Shown here: positions 29,803 to 39,816 of the stretch, piece after piece
Numbering within the stretch: the stretch's first letter is position 1
Layout of the letters: each line of letters begins with the position of its first letter
Assembly (NCBI GenBank): GCA_038060895.1
Contig: JBBTCT010000015.1
Span: 121,616 to 185,615 of the forward strand
Length of the DNA stretch: 64,000 nt
Direction of reading: 5' to 3'
DNA from: Planctomycetota bacterium
Lineage (GTDB): Bacteria > Planctomycetota > MHYJ01 > WSZJ01
The notes under the pieces: model-generated
Database searches by the model: none
What the model was told of the DNA's origin: nothing
Seen by the model: the letters and a program-made list of their open reading frames with translations, nothing else
Made by a program: the position numbers and the translations under genes

Positions 29803-29988
29803 ATGAGAACCCCGACGATCCGCCTGCGCCCTCTGGTGCCCCTCGCAGCCCTCATCACCCTGGCGCTCACGCTCGAGAACGACTGGCGCAAGGCAACCGT
29901 GCTGAAGCGCAGAGTCCCCGGGATCAAGGAAGAGGACCTGGATCGCTTCCGGACGTGGCCCGTCGAGGGCGACGAGATCCTTGAGTGA
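29803..29988 (+). CDS. Small hypothetical protein or deletion remnant
   Basis: TACCAT 7 nt before ATG; hydrophobic N-terminus; only about 61 aa. Confidence 0.35.
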   Translation: MRTPTIRLRPLVPLAALITLALTLENDWRKATVLKRRVPGIKEEDLDRFRTWPVEGDEILE

Positions 29989-30035
29989 CCAGGGAGCGCC
30001 GGCGATCGAATGAGACAACGCGCGGGGTTTGCGGA

Positions 30036-31451
30036 TTGAATGCCGAGTCCGCTTACCTCTTCAGGCACGTCCTGCTCCGCGATGCCGCCTACCAGTTGCA
30101 GCTCCCCGGCGACCGGGCGCGGCTGCACGGGATTGCGCTCGCTCTGATCGAGGACTTCTGCGGCGGCAGGCCGCCGGAGCAGGCGCCCCTCGGATCACCG
30201 TCGGCCGCAGCCTTCGAGGGACACCCTGCCGACGCGTTCGCCGGAGAACTCGCGGGGCACGCGAGGGCCGCGGAAACCGCGCTGGCCGCGGGTGCGTTCA
30301 GCCGCATCCGCCGGCTGTATCTGCGTCGCGCTGCAGAATACGCGGAGCGGGCCTTTCGCCTCGAGGCCGCTTCTGCCGCCTGGCAGGAACTGGCGGCGCT
30401 TCTCGACCCGCCTGCCGAGGCCCTGGCGCTGGGGAAAGCGGGAGAACTGGCACGCCACGCCGGGCGTGCGGTCGAAGGCGCCCAGATGTGGCAACGGGCC
30501 CTCGAGATTCACCGTCGCCTCGGGAATCGGGCCGGGGAAGGGATCGCGCTGGCCCACCTGGCCAATCTGAGCGTCGACCTTGGACGGATCGAAGAGGCCG
30601 AAGGGCGCTACACGGAAGCGCTGGCACTTCATCGAGAGACGGGCGAGGTCCGCTATGAACATGTCACGATGGGAAACCTCGCGATTCTCTATCACGACTC
30701 CGGCCGGCTCGAAAGCGCCGAACGGACGCTGGAAGAGGCGCTGGCCCGCTGCCGCGCTGCCGGCCATCGCGATCTCGAGGCCGTGACGCTCGGCAACCTC
30801 GGCAACCTCTACAAGGAGACCGGACGCACCGGGGAGGCGGAAACCGCTCTTCTCCAGGCCCTCGCGCTTCATCGCGAAGCCGGCAACGAGCGCTATGTCG
30901 GAATCCTCCTTGGGAATCTCGCCAACTTGCGCAAAGACACGGGCAGGACGGCTGAAGCGGAGCGAGGTTACGCGGAGGCGCTTGCGGTCCACCGGCGGAC
31001 GGGAAACCGGCGGTCCGAGGGAATCGTCCTGGGGAACCTCGCCGGCCTTTTCCCCACGGACGCTCGCCCCGCGGAAGCGGAGCGCGGGTACGAGCGCGCG
31101 TTGGCCATCCATCGCGAAGTCGGCAACCGGCGGGCGGAGGGCGTCGAGCTTGGGGGGCTCGCCGCGGTCTTTCAGGCCACGGGCCGGCTCTCACCGGCGA
31201 TCCGCGCGTTCGACGAGGCCCTTGCCATCCACCGCGAAGTCGGCAATCGGCGCTTTGAGGCCGCGCACTCCTGCGACCGCGCCCTCGCGCTTCTCGATGC
31301 CGGCGATCCCGCGGCCGCCGGCGCCTGGCGGTCGGGGGCGGCGCTTCTGCGCGACCTCGGAGATTCGAACGAAGCGGATCAGAAATCCGCCGAAATGCGC
31401 GCGGCGTGCAACCGTCGGGGCGTGCAGGCGTTCGAAGGGACGTGGGCGTGA
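30036..31451 (+). CDS. TPR protein of the FRHALLRDAAY family (copy 2)
   Basis: [33 protein letters not shown] plus 40-aa repeats; start placed by alignment with paralogs. Confidence 0.88.
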   Translation: MNAESAYLFRHVLLRDAAYQLQLPGDRARLHGIALALIEDFCGGRPPEQAPLGSPSAAAFEGHPADAFAGELAGHARAAETALAAGAFSRIRRLYLRRAAEYAERAFRLEAASAAWQELAALLDPPAEALALGKAGELARHAGRAVEGAQMWQRALEIHRRLGNRAGEGIALAHLANLSVDLGRIEEAEGRYTEALALHRETGEVRYEHVTMGNLAILYHDSGRLESAERTLEEALARCRAAGHRDLEAVTLGNLGNLYKETGRTGEAETALLQALALHREAGNERYVGILLGNLANLRKDTGRTAEAERGYAEALAVHRRTGNRRSEGIVLGNLAGLFPTDARPAEAERGYERALAIHREVGNRRAEGVELGGLAAVFQATGRLSPAIRAFDEALAIHREVGNRRFEAAHSCDRALALLDAGDPAAAGAWRSGAALLRDLGDSNEADQKSAEMRAACNRRGVQAFEGTWA

Positions 31452-31543
31452 ACGCGGAGAACGCTTACCTCTTTCGTCATGCGCTGCTGCGGGATGCGGC
31501 TTACCAGCTGCATCTCCCTGGTCGAGACGACCCGAGGTTTTGA
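31448..31543 (+). pseudogene. 5'-only remnant of the FRHALLRDAAY TPR family (31 codons)
   Basis: GTG-NAENAYLFRHALLRDAAYQLHLPG then RDDPRF-stop; GTG overlaps the copy 2 stop (GTGA); not in the ORF track. Confidence 0.8.
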
Positions 31544-31646
31544 GGCGTTCGAGCGAACGAAGAAAGGCAAGTTCGCGACGCGCTTCTGCGCGACGCGGCG
31601 CGATTTTGTGGTTCAGCCGAGCTCCGGGATTTCGCAGAATACCCGC

Positions 31647-32741
31647 ATGCCAGGCGCGATTCCGCTGAACGAGGAGAACCTGGACCTGGGGTTCGAGCCG
31701 CCCTTCTGTCTCGTCTGCGGAGAACCCGCACCCCTTGTCAAACGTGAACACGTCAATATCCGGGATTGCGCGGAGCCGCCTCCTTCCCCCGCCGAGGCGC
31801 GCTCCCGGCTGTTTCGGCGCACGATTCGCATCCAGGCCCCGCTCTGCCGGCGTCATCGGAGAAACGCGATTCTTCGAAGGGCAGTCTACGGCGTCGGCAT
31901 CGGTCTTTTCACCCTGATCCTGGCTTCATATTTGTTCGTGACGATCAAACCGCGACTCCCGTTCCTGATCGTCCCCGTCTGCGTCGCCGCATGGATGGGC
32001 GTCGCCGCCGGGCGATCCAGGTCCGGAGGCGTCGAACCCGATCTGCTCGTCGAGCGGAAAGATGGCGGTCGCGATCTCGTCTGGCTGAATCCGCCGCCGG
32101 GGCTGGGCGCCCGCCTCCGGCCCCTGGATTATCCGGTTCCGCCGCAGCGGACATTCGATGAGATCGGGACCCCGGCTACCCCCTGGCTGCTCACGATCCC
32201 TCTCAGAGGCGAACAACCGTACTTCGGCAACGACCCGCCTCTCTGCCTGATCTGCGGCGCGCCGGCGACAGGCTTCCGAAAGGTCGAAGTGGCCCTCGCC
32301 GATGGACCGCCGGACGAGGACGGCCAGCGCATCCACCACACCCCAGGTCCCCGGTCGCTTCAGCCCCGGACGACTCCTCCGGTACTCGTGACGGTGCAGG
32401 CGCCCCTCTGCGCCGAGGAACTGAAGAAGGAGAGGCGGTTTTCCCTCAGCGGAGGCTTCGGCTGCCTGATGATCCTGCTCCTCATCGTCTCGTTTTCCGC
32501 CATATCCGTTGTCTGGCCGGAGACGATGTTCGCCAACGCCGTGGATAAGGGGTACGTCACGTGGCTTTTCCTCGGGCTTGTGCTCGTCTGGATCGCCAAC
32601 GCCAGGCATCCCAGGGACCTCACCGCCAGGGTCCTCGATGAAGGAAGCGAGCGCTGTCTCGCCTGGAGAAACCCACCCCGCGAATTGGACCGCGAGATCC
32701 ACCGCCGCCGTTGCCGCCGCGCTGCGACGGCCCGGGACTGA
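31647..32741 (+). CDS. Membrane protein with two internal repeats, each a CxxC...C zinc-like motif plus two TM helices
   Basis: PPFCLVCGEPA...QAPLC...TM-TM...LVWLNPP and PPLCLICGAPA...QAPLC...TM-TM...LAWRNPP. Confidence 0.7.
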   Translation: MPGAIPLNEENLDLGFEPPFCLVCGEPAPLVKREHVNIRDCAEPPPSPAEARSRLFRRTIRIQAPLCRRHRRNAILRRAVYGVGIGLFTLILASYLFVTIKPRLPFLIVPVCVAAWMGVAAGRSRSGGVEPDLLVERKDGGRDLVWLNPPPGLGARLRPLDYPVPPQRTFDEIGTPATPWLLTIPLRGEQPYFGNDPPLCLICGAPATGFRKVEVALADGPPDEDGQRIHHTPGPRSLQPRTTPPVLVTVQAPLCAEELKKERRFSLSGGFGCLMILLLIVSFSAISVVWPETMFANAVDKGYVTWLFLGLVLVWIANARHPRDLTARVLDEGSERCLAWRNPPRELDREIHRRRCRRAATARD

Positions 32742-32750
32742 CCTCCGCGA

Positions 32751-34352
32751 GTGAACGCAGCCTTCGACTCGCCGGACCTGAGGGAGCGTCAGCGAGCCGA
32801 AGGGCGTCGCTCGCCCGGGCCGGATTCGGCGGAAGCCGCCTACGTCTTTCGACACGCGCTCCTCCGCGACGCCGCGTATCAACTGCAGCTTCCCGGCGAC
32901 CGCGCGCGGCTGCACGCGCTGGCGTTTGCGCTGATCGAGGATCTCTGCGGCGGCCGTCCGCCGGAGCCGCCGCCGCTGGACGCGCCCGACCCGCCGCCGT
33001 TCGCGCCGCACGCAACCGATCCGTTCGCGCGGGAGCTGGCGCAGCACGCGCGGGAAGCGATCCGGTCGCCGGCGGTCCCCGCGTCGGCGCTTCACCTCTA
33101 CCTCCAGCGCGCCGCGGTGGTCGCCGAACGCACGATTCAGCCGGGAGCAGAGGAGTGCTGGCTGGAACTGGCGGACATCCTCGAGGGGACGCTTCAAGGC
33201 GCGGCGTTCCTGCACGCGGGCCAGGTCGCCCGCGCGAGAGGCCGCCCCGGCTCCGCCGAGATTCATTTTTCGAAGGGGCTCGCGGTGAGCCGCGCGGTGG
33301 GCGACCGCCGCCAGGAGGCGCTGGTCCTGGGGAGCCTGGGGATCGTGCACCAGGATACGGGGCGCATCGAGGAGGCCGAACGGACGTACGGGGAAGCGCT
33401 CTCGATCCATCGTGAGCTCGACGACCGCCGCGCGCAGGGCCTCCCGTTGGCAAACCTGGGGAACCTCTACGGGGAGACCGGCCGGCTCGAGCAGGCCGAG
33501 CGGACGCACGAGCAGGCACTGGCGATCCATCGGGAATTCGGCAACCGCCGGCTGGCGGGCATTTCGCTCGGGAACCTGGCGAACTGTTGCCTCGCGACCG
33601 GACGCCTCGAGCAGGCCGAGCGGTTGTACGAGCAGGCGCTGGAGATCGATCGCGCCGTCGGCAATCGCAGCTACGAAGGCCTGGAGCTGGGAAACCTCGC
33701 GCTTCTCTTCAACATGACCGGGCGCGTCGAGCAGGCCGAGCGGACGTACGAAGAGGCGCTCGCGATCCATCGCGAAGTCGGCAACCGCCGCTGGGAAGGC
33801 ACCGCGCTCGGGAGCCTGGCCGTCGTTTTCAAGGAGACCGGGCGAGTCGAAGCGGCCGAGCGGACCTACGAGCGGGCGCTCGCGATCCATCGCGAAGTGG
33901 GCAATCGCCGCGGCGAGGGGGTCGCGCTGGGACAGCTGGCCAACATCTACCAGGAGTCCGGGCGCGTCGAGGAGGCCGAGACGGCCTACGAACGCGCGCT
34001 GGCGATCCATCGCGAAGTCGGCAACCCGCGCTTCGAGGGCATCGAGCTGGCCAACCTCGCGAGTCTCTATTACGAGAGCGGGCGCATCGAGCAGGCCGGG
34101 AGCTTCTTCCTGCGCGCTCTCGAGATCATGCGCGCCACCGGGGACCTGCGGTCGGAAGGACTCACCCAGGGTTCCTTCGCCGTGTTCCTCGCGAGAACGG
34201 GCCGCGCCGCCGAAGCGAGGGCGCGCTGGGCCGAGGGCGTGGAGACGCTGAATCGAAGGGGGAACGCGAAGGACCTGCGCCGCATGACCGAGGACATGCG
34301 CGCCGCGTGCGCGAAGGCGGGGACGGCGCCATTAGATGAGGGAGGGGGATAA
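32751..34352 (+). CDS. TPR protein of the FRHALLRDAAY family (copy 3), with an in-frame palindromic insertion near the start
   Basis: MNA-[23 extra aa][29 protein letters not shown]; 120-nt periodic repeats. Confidence 0.88.
   Translation: MNAAFDSPDLRERQRAEGRRSPGPDSAEAAYVFRHALLRDAAYQLQLPGDRARLHALAFALIEDLCGGRPPEPPPLDAPDPPPFAPHATDPFARELAQHAREAIRSPAVPASALHLYLQRAAVVAERTIQPGAEECWLELADILEGTLQGAAFLHAGQVARARGRPGSAEIHFSKGLAVSRAVGDRRQEALVLGSLGIVHQDTGRIEEAERTYGEALSIHRELDDRRAQGLPLANLGNLYGETGRLEQAERTHEQALAIHREFGNRRLAGISLGNLANCCLATGRLEQAERLYEQALEIDRAVGNRSYEGLELGNLALLFNMTGRVEQAERTYEEALAIHREVGNRRWEGTALGSLAVVFKETGRVEAAERTYERALAIHREVGNRRGEGVALGQLANIYQESGRVEEAETAYERALAIHREVGNPRFEGIELANLASLYYESGRIEQAGSFFLRALEIMRATGDLRSEGLTQGSFAVFLARTGRAAEARARWAEGVETLNRRGNAKDLRRMTEDMRAACAKAGTAPLDEGGG
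32760..32828. repeat. 69-nt palindromic insertion (REP-like family B) inside the coding sequence
   Basis: CCTTCGACTCGC (32761-32772) pairs with GCGAGCCGAAGG (32792-32803); absent from all paralogs. Confidence 0.65.
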
Positions 34353-34453
34353 GACAAAGGCAAAGACAAAGGCAAAACCCAACCCCAACGCCAAATCCCA
34401 AAACATCCCCCTCGTGAGAGAGGCTCTATTGGGATTTGGGGTTGGGGTTGGGA
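34351..34453. repeat. Intergenic hexamer-based palindrome (family A)
   Basis: (aagacaaaggca)x2, cccaaccccaacgccaaatcccaa ... ttgggatttggggttggggttggg. Confidence 0.7.
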
Positions 34454-34487
34454 CTTGCCTTCCCCCGCTTCGTACCATGCACCGGCC

Positions 34488-35900
34488 TTGCACGCCGAAA
34501 TCGTTTACCTCTTCCGCCACGTCCTCCTCCGCGACGCCGCCTACCAGCTTCAGCTCCCCGGCGACCGCGCGCGGCTGCATGCGCTCGCGTTGGCGCTGAT
34601 CGAAGACCTGTACGGCGGCAGGCCGCCTGTGCCGCCTCCGCAGGACCCCGGGGAACCCCTGGGATTCCAGGAGCACCGGACCGATCCGTTTGCCGAAGAG
34701 CTGGCGGGTCATGCCGCCCACGCGGGGATCGAAGCGGCGCCCGCCGTCGCGAATCTGTACCTGCGCCGGGCCGCGCAGGACGCCGGTCGAAGGTGGCGGC
34801 TTGAGACGTCGGGCAAGTTGTGGCGGCAACTCGCGGAACGATCGACGGGGGTCGAACGCGGCGCCGCCCTCCTCCATGCCGCAAACATGGCGCTCGACGC
34901 GGGGCGGTCGCTGGAAGCCCTGCCGCTGGTCGAGCAGGCGCTGGCGCTTTTCCGCAGCGAAGGCCACCGCCATTTCGAAGGCGTCGCGTGGGGAACGCTG
35001 GCGAGCCTTAACCGGGAACTGGGCCGGATCCAGCAGGCGGAAGCGGCCGATGAAGCGGCGATGTCGATTTTTCGCGAGACGGGGGACCGCCGTGGCGAGG
35101 GCACGGCCCTGGGAAACATGGCGAACCTGCTTCGGCAGTCCGGACGCGTTCCGCAGGCCGAGGGCGCCTACAGGCGGGCGCTGGCGCTTCATCGCGCCGT
35201 TCGCAACCGGCGATCGGAGTCGATCGTGCTGGGAAGCCTCGGGAATCTCCTGAAAGCGACCGGCCGGCCCCGCGAGGCCCGGCGCCTCTTCAGGCAGGCG
35301 CTCGCGATCCAGCGCGCCCTCGGCGACCGCCTGCTGGAAGGCACCGGCGTGGCCAATCTGGCCCGAATGGACCAGGCCTCCGGACAGCTTCGCCGCGCCG
35401 AGCGCGGCTACGCGCAGGCCTTGGCGATCCACAGGGAAGTCGGCGACCGGCGCTTCGAGGGTGTCGCCGTGGGCAACCTCGCCACGCTTCACGCGCAGAC
35501 CGGACGGCCCGGGCTGGCAGAGAAGGGGTTCGAGCAGGCGCTGGCGATCCACCGGGAAGTCGGCAACCGGCGGTCCGAGGGCATCGCGCTCATGAACCTG
35601 TCCCGCCTGCAGGGCGAAACCGGGCGGGCCGCCTCCGCCGAAGCCGGATTTGCGCAGGCCCTGACCCTCTTTCGCGATTCGGGCTCACGGACCGCGGAAG
35701 CCGTGTGCTTTTGCGACTTCGGCGTATTCCTGCTCGACAGGGGCCGCGTCGAAGAGGCGCGCGCGAAGTGGCGCCAGGGGGCTGGAATCCTGCGCGACCT
35801 CGGGGACACGGCGGAGCTCCAGCAGAAAACCGTGGCGATGACGGCCGCGTGCTCCAGGGCGGGAATCCCGCCGCTCGCCGAGGCGTTGGACGAACATTGA
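34488..35900 (+). CDS. TPR protein of the FRHALLRDAAY family (copy 4)
   Basis: [33 protein letters not shown] plus repeats; TACCAT shortly upstream. Confidence 0.88.
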   Translation: MHAEIVYLFRHVLLRDAAYQLQLPGDRARLHALALALIEDLYGGRPPVPPPQDPGEPLGFQEHRTDPFAEELAGHAAHAGIEAAPAVANLYLRRAAQDAGRRWRLETSGKLWRQLAERSTGVERGAALLHAANMALDAGRSLEALPLVEQALALFRSEGHRHFEGVAWGTLASLNRELGRIQQAEAADEAAMSIFRETGDRRGEGTALGNMANLLRQSGRVPQAEGAYRRALALHRAVRNRRSESIVLGSLGNLLKATGRPREARRLFRQALAIQRALGDRLLEGTGVANLARMDQASGQLRRAERGYAQALAIHREVGDRRFEGVAVGNLATLHAQTGRPGLAEKGFEQALAIHREVGNRRSEGIALMNLSRLQGETGRAASAEAGFAQALTLFRDSGSRTAEAVCFCDFGVFLLDRGRVEEARAKWRQGAGILRDLGDTAELQQKTVAMTAACSRAGIPPLAEALDEH

Positions 35901-35957
35901 GAGTCTGGCATCCTGGCCGAAGTTCGGGTAAATAGAGCGCTTCCCGGAGGAAAACCG

Positions 35958-36824
35958 ATGAGAAACCTGGCCTTGTCGCTCCTGCTCTTCGCCGTCGCCG
36001 GCTGCTCTTCCGAACCCGAGCGGGCCGCTTCGAAACCGGACGTCGACGCGCTCGCGGGCAAGCGCGCGGCGATGGACCAGCCGGTCCCCGATTTCACGCT
36101 GCGGGACCTGACCCGCGACGGCGCCTTCGTGTCGCTCGCGGAGCTTCGCGGCCGCGCGGTCGTGCTTTTCTTCTTGAGCCCCAACTGACAGGCCGCAAAG
36201 GGCTACGAAGCCCGCGTCGGCCAGGTCCTGGCCGACTACAAGGGCAAGAACGTGACGATCCTCGGCGTCCGGAGCAGCTCCACCGACACCGACGAGGAAG
36301 TCCGGAAGTACGCGACGGAGAAGAGCCTCTCGATCCCCGTTCTCGCCGACGACGGCAACGTCCTCGCCGATTTCTTCAACGTGCCGAACTTCATGGTCTT
36401 CGTCGTCATCGACGCCGAGGGCCGCATGCGGTCGTGGGGCGGCATCGACGATCATCACGACGAGAAGCGCGCGAAGCGCCCGCACCTCCGCAACGCGCTC
36501 GACGCGGTCCTGGCCGGGAAGGACGTCGCGGCGAAGCGGACCTTCGCCTTCGGGTGACCCATCCCCCGCTCGGTTCGTCGAACCGAGGCCGAGGCGACCC
36601 GCGATTTCGAGGCGTTCGTGGGGAGTCTCTCGGACGAAGGGGTGACGGGGCGGTTCAAGAAGTTCCTTCAGACGGACGAGATGCGGCCGGCCATGGTCCA
36701 GGCCCTCCAGAAGGGCGTCCGCATGGACCTCGCGGTCGAGAACTACTACGAGCGCACGAAGGACGGCAAGTTCGTGATGAAGGCGGAGATGGCGGAGGTG
36801 ATGGGGGAGATGTTCCCGGAGTAA
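35958..36824 (+). CDS. Redoxin (AhpC/TSA, peroxiredoxin-like) lipoprotein with two predicted selenocysteines (UGA at 36186 and 36555)
   Basis: ORFs 35958-36188, 36252-36557 and 36618-36824 share one frame, broken only by TGA; PDFTL.DL...VSL.ELRG.AVVLFFLSPN-U and T.AFG-U-PI match the two conserved Cys sites; hairpin after each UGA; GGAGG RBS; lipobox VAGC. Confidence 0.82.
36216..36236 (+). promoter_or_regulatory. Putative bacterial SECIS element 1
   Basis: GTCGGCCAG-GTC-CTGGCCGAC, perfect 9-bp stem; GUC loop 36 nt after the UGA at 36186-36188; CAGGTC core resembles the E. coli fdhF SECIS apex. Confidence 0.75.
36569..36587 (+). promoter_or_regulatory. Putative bacterial SECIS element 2
   Basis: CTCGGTTC-GTC-GAACCGAG, perfect 8-bp stem; same GUC loop, 19 nt after the UGA at 36555-36557. 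Confidence 0.72.
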
Positions 36825-36840
36825 CGCTTAGAATCCGCCG

Positions 36841-38340
36841 GTGCGCTCCGCCGAAGCTGCTTATGTGTTCCGCCACGCGCTCATGCGTGACGCGGCGTAC
36901 CAGCTCCAGCTCCCCGGCGACCGCGCGCGACTGCACGGACTGGCGTTCGCGCTCATCGAAGACCTGTGCGGCGGCCGCGCCCCAGATCCCGCGCCGTTCG
37001 AAGAGTCCGGCGGGGCGCCGGATGCTCTCCACGCGTCCGACGCGCTGGCCGAGGACCTGGCGGCCCACGCGCGGCATTCGGGAGCGCCGGCGTCCCTCGA
37101 GCTGCTGTACCTCCGCCGCGCCGCGGGCCGCGCCGAACGGCAGTACGATTTGGACGCGGCCGAATCCCTCTGGAGCCGCGTCGCCGCGCTGCTTCCGGAA
37201 GATCAGGCCGCGGCGGCCCTCCAGTACGCCGGGCGCTGCGCGGTCTTTCGCTCCCACTACGGCGCCGCGGAGGAGATCTTCCAGCGGCTGGTCGAGCTCG
37301 GGAAGAGTGCCGGGAATCCCCGCGCCGTCGCCGCCGCGCGGAACAACCTGTCCATCGTGTTCCGGGAGACCGGGCGGCGGGCGGAAGCGATCGAGGCATC
37401 GCGCGATGCGATCGCGAAGTTCCGCGAAGGCGGCTTCCCCGCCGAGGAGGCCCGCACGCTGTCCTCCCTCTCCCACCTCGAGCTGGAAGCGGGTCGGCCT
37501 CTGGAGGCGGAGGCGCTTCTCCGCCGGGCGCTCGAGCTGATCGCGGCTCACGGGAAGCCCCTCGACGAGGGGCTGGCGTGCATCAGCCTCGGCAGCGCCC
37601 TCAACGCCCTGGCGCGCTTCCCCGAAGCCGAGGCGTCGATGAGGCGCGCCGTCGACATCCTGCGCGCCGCCGGCGCGCGTCGCTACCTCGCCATCGCCCT
37701 GAGCAACCTCGGCCAGCTCCTGCAGGACTCCGAGCGCATCGAGGAGGCGCTGGCGCTGCTCGAAGAGGCGCTGGCGATCCACCGTGAAGTAGGCAACAAG
37801 CGGTCCGAAGGCATCACGCTGGGGACCCTCGCCCTCGTCCACCAGAATGCCGGACGACATGACCGCGCCGAGGCGATCTACCGCGACGCGCTCTCCGTCA
37901 ACGAGGAGACCGGCAACCGCCGCCAGTTCGCCGTCGTCCTCGGCAACATCGGGTCCCTCTGGCAGGAGCGCGGCAAGTTCGCGGAAGCCGAGGCCCTCTA
38001 CCGCCGCGCCCTCGCCCTCCACCGGGAGGTCGGATACCGCCGCTTCGAAGGCATCATCCTCGGCTCGCTCGCCATCGTGTCCCTGGTCACCGGCCGCCTC
38101 GACGACGCCCTGCGCCTCTTCCGCGACGCCGTCGCCGTCCATCGCGCCGTCCGCAATCGCATGCACGAGGGCGTCCACCTCTGCGGCCTCGCCGCGGCGC
38201 TTCGGTGTCAGGGCGATGCGGCGGAAGCGCGGGCCGCGTGGGATGAGGGGGCGGCGATCCTGGCCGAAGTCGATCTCCGGAGGCTGGAGCACGCGCGGGC
38301 CCTGGCCCGGCAGGTGTGCGGCGACGCATTCGAGTCCTGA
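36841..38340 (+). CDS. TPR protein of the FRHALLRDAAY family (copy 5)
   Basis: [32 protein letters not shown]; TAGAAT 6 nt before GTG. Confidence 0.9.
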   Translation: MRSAEAAYVFRHALMRDAAYQLQLPGDRARLHGLAFALIEDLCGGRAPDPAPFEESGGAPDALHASDALAEDLAAHARHSGAPASLELLYLRRAAGRAERQYDLDAAESLWSRVAALLPEDQAAAALQYAGRCAVFRSHYGAAEEIFQRLVELGKSAGNPRAVAAARNNLSIVFRETGRRAEAIEASRDAIAKFREGGFPAEEARTLSSLSHLELEAGRPLEAEALLRRALELIAAHGKPLDEGLACISLGSALNALARFPEAEASMRRAVDILRAAGARRYLAIALSNLGQLLQDSERIEEALALLEEALAIHREVGNKRSEGITLGTLALVHQNAGRHDRAEAIYRDALSVNEETGNRRQFAVVLGNIGSLWQERGKFAEAEALYRRALALHREVGYRRFEGIILGSLAIVSLVTGRLDDALRLFRDAVAVHRAVRNRMHEGVHLCGLAAALRCQGDAAEARAAWDEGAAILAEVDLRRLEHARALARQVCGDAFES

Positions 38341-38419
38341 GTTTCTTTTGTCTGGCCCCGGGGAAATGAAGAGAATCGGAGCCTTCCAGCCAACCCCCCC
38401 GCGGAGACACGTCCTCACC

Positions 38420-39745
38420 ATGGCCAAGATCACGATTTCGAAGGGCAAGCTCAACGTTCCCGACAACCCCACCCTCCCATTCGTCCGCGGCGACGGCACC
38501 GGCCCGGACATCTGGGCGGCGGCCGTGCGCGTCTTCGACGCGGCGGTCGAGAAGGCCTACGGCGGCAAGAAGAAGGTCGACTGGCTCGAGGTCTACGCGG
38601 GCGAGACCGCGATGGCGAAGTTCAATAACCCGCTTCCCGACGAAACCGTCGCCGCCTTCCGCGAGTACCTCGTCGGCATCAAGGGCCCCCTCGGCACGCC
38701 GGTGGGGAAGGGCCTGCGCTCGCTCAACGTCGCGCTGAGGCAGATGCTGGACCTGTACGTCTGCCTGCGGCCGGTGCGCTGGTTCACGGGCGTGCCGAGC
38801 CCCGTCAAGCACCCCGAGAAGGTCAATATGGTGATCTTCCGCGAGAACACCGAGGACATCTACGCCGGCATCGAGTACGAGGGCGGCTCCCCGATGGCCC
38901 AGAAGATCCTCGACTTCCTCGCCAAGGAAGCCCCCAAGGACTTCGAAAAGATCCGCTTCGGCACCCAGGAAAAGAACGAGCAGTTCTGGAAGCAGGTCGG
39001 CGCCCCGCACTACAAGAAGGAAGTCTGCGTCGGCATCGGCATCAAGCCGGTCTCCTGGTCGGGAAGCGTCCGCCTGATCCACACCGCGATCTCCTACGCC
39101 CTCCAGAACAAGCGCAAGTCCGTGAACCTCGTCCACAAGGGCAACATCATGAAGTTCACCGAGGGCGCCTTCCGCGACTGGGGCTACCAGATCGCCGACC
39201 AGTACTTCGGCGACAAGGTCTACACCTGGGCCCGCTGGGAAAAAACCAAGGCCGAGGCCGGCGAAGCCTCCGCCAACGAGGAGCAGAAACAGGCCGTCGC
39301 CCGCGGCGCCGTCGTCATCAAGGACTCCATCGCCGACATCACCCTCCAGCAGGTCCTGACCCGCCCCGAGGAGTTCGACGTCATCGCCACCCTCAACCTC
39401 AACGGCGACTACCTCAGCGACGCCCTCGCCGCCCAGGTCGGCGGCATCGGCATCGCCCCCGGCGGCAACATCAACTACATCTCCGGCCACGCGATCTTCG
39501 AAGCGACGCACGGCACCGCCCCGAAGTACGCCAACCAGGACAAGGTCAACCCGGGAAGCGTGATCCTGAGCGGCGAGATGATGTTCCGGTACATGGGGTG
39601 GACGGAGGTTGCGGACCTGATCATCAAAGGGCTGGAAGGGGCGATCGCGGCGAAGACGGTGACTTATGATTTTGCGAGGTTGATGGAGGGGGCGAAGGAG
39701 ATGAAGTGCTCGCAATTTGGGGATGCAGTAGTCTCCAAAATGTGA
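38420..39745 (+). CDS. icd: Isocitrate dehydrogenase (prokaryotic NADP-type)
   Basis: [101 protein letters not shown]. Confidence 0.97.
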   Translation: MAKITISKGKLNVPDNPTLPFVRGDGTGPDIWAAAVRVFDAAVEKAYGGKKKVDWLEVYAGETAMAKFNNPLPDETVAAFREYLVGIKGPLGTPVGKGLRSLNVALRQMLDLYVCLRPVRWFTGVPSPVKHPEKVNMVIFRENTEDIYAGIEYEGGSPMAQKILDFLAKEAPKDFEKIRFGTQEKNEQFWKQVGAPHYKKEVCVGIGIKPVSWSGSVRLIHTAISYALQNKRKSVNLVHKGNIMKFTEGAFRDWGYQIADQYFGDKVYTWARWEKTKAEAGEASANEEQKQAVARGAVVIKDSIADITLQQVLTRPEEFDVIATLNLNGDYLSDALAAQVGGIGIAPGGNINYISGHAIFEATHGTAPKYANQDKVNPGSVILSGEMMFRYMGWTEVADLIIKGLEGAIAAKTVTYDFARLMEGAKEMKCSQFGDAVVSKM

Positions 39746-39816
39746 AGTTGCGTCACGTGGCGTTTGTTGATAATGTGAACGGTCCCGAAGTTGAGCAGAA
39801 AGGGCCTGTTGCGCAA

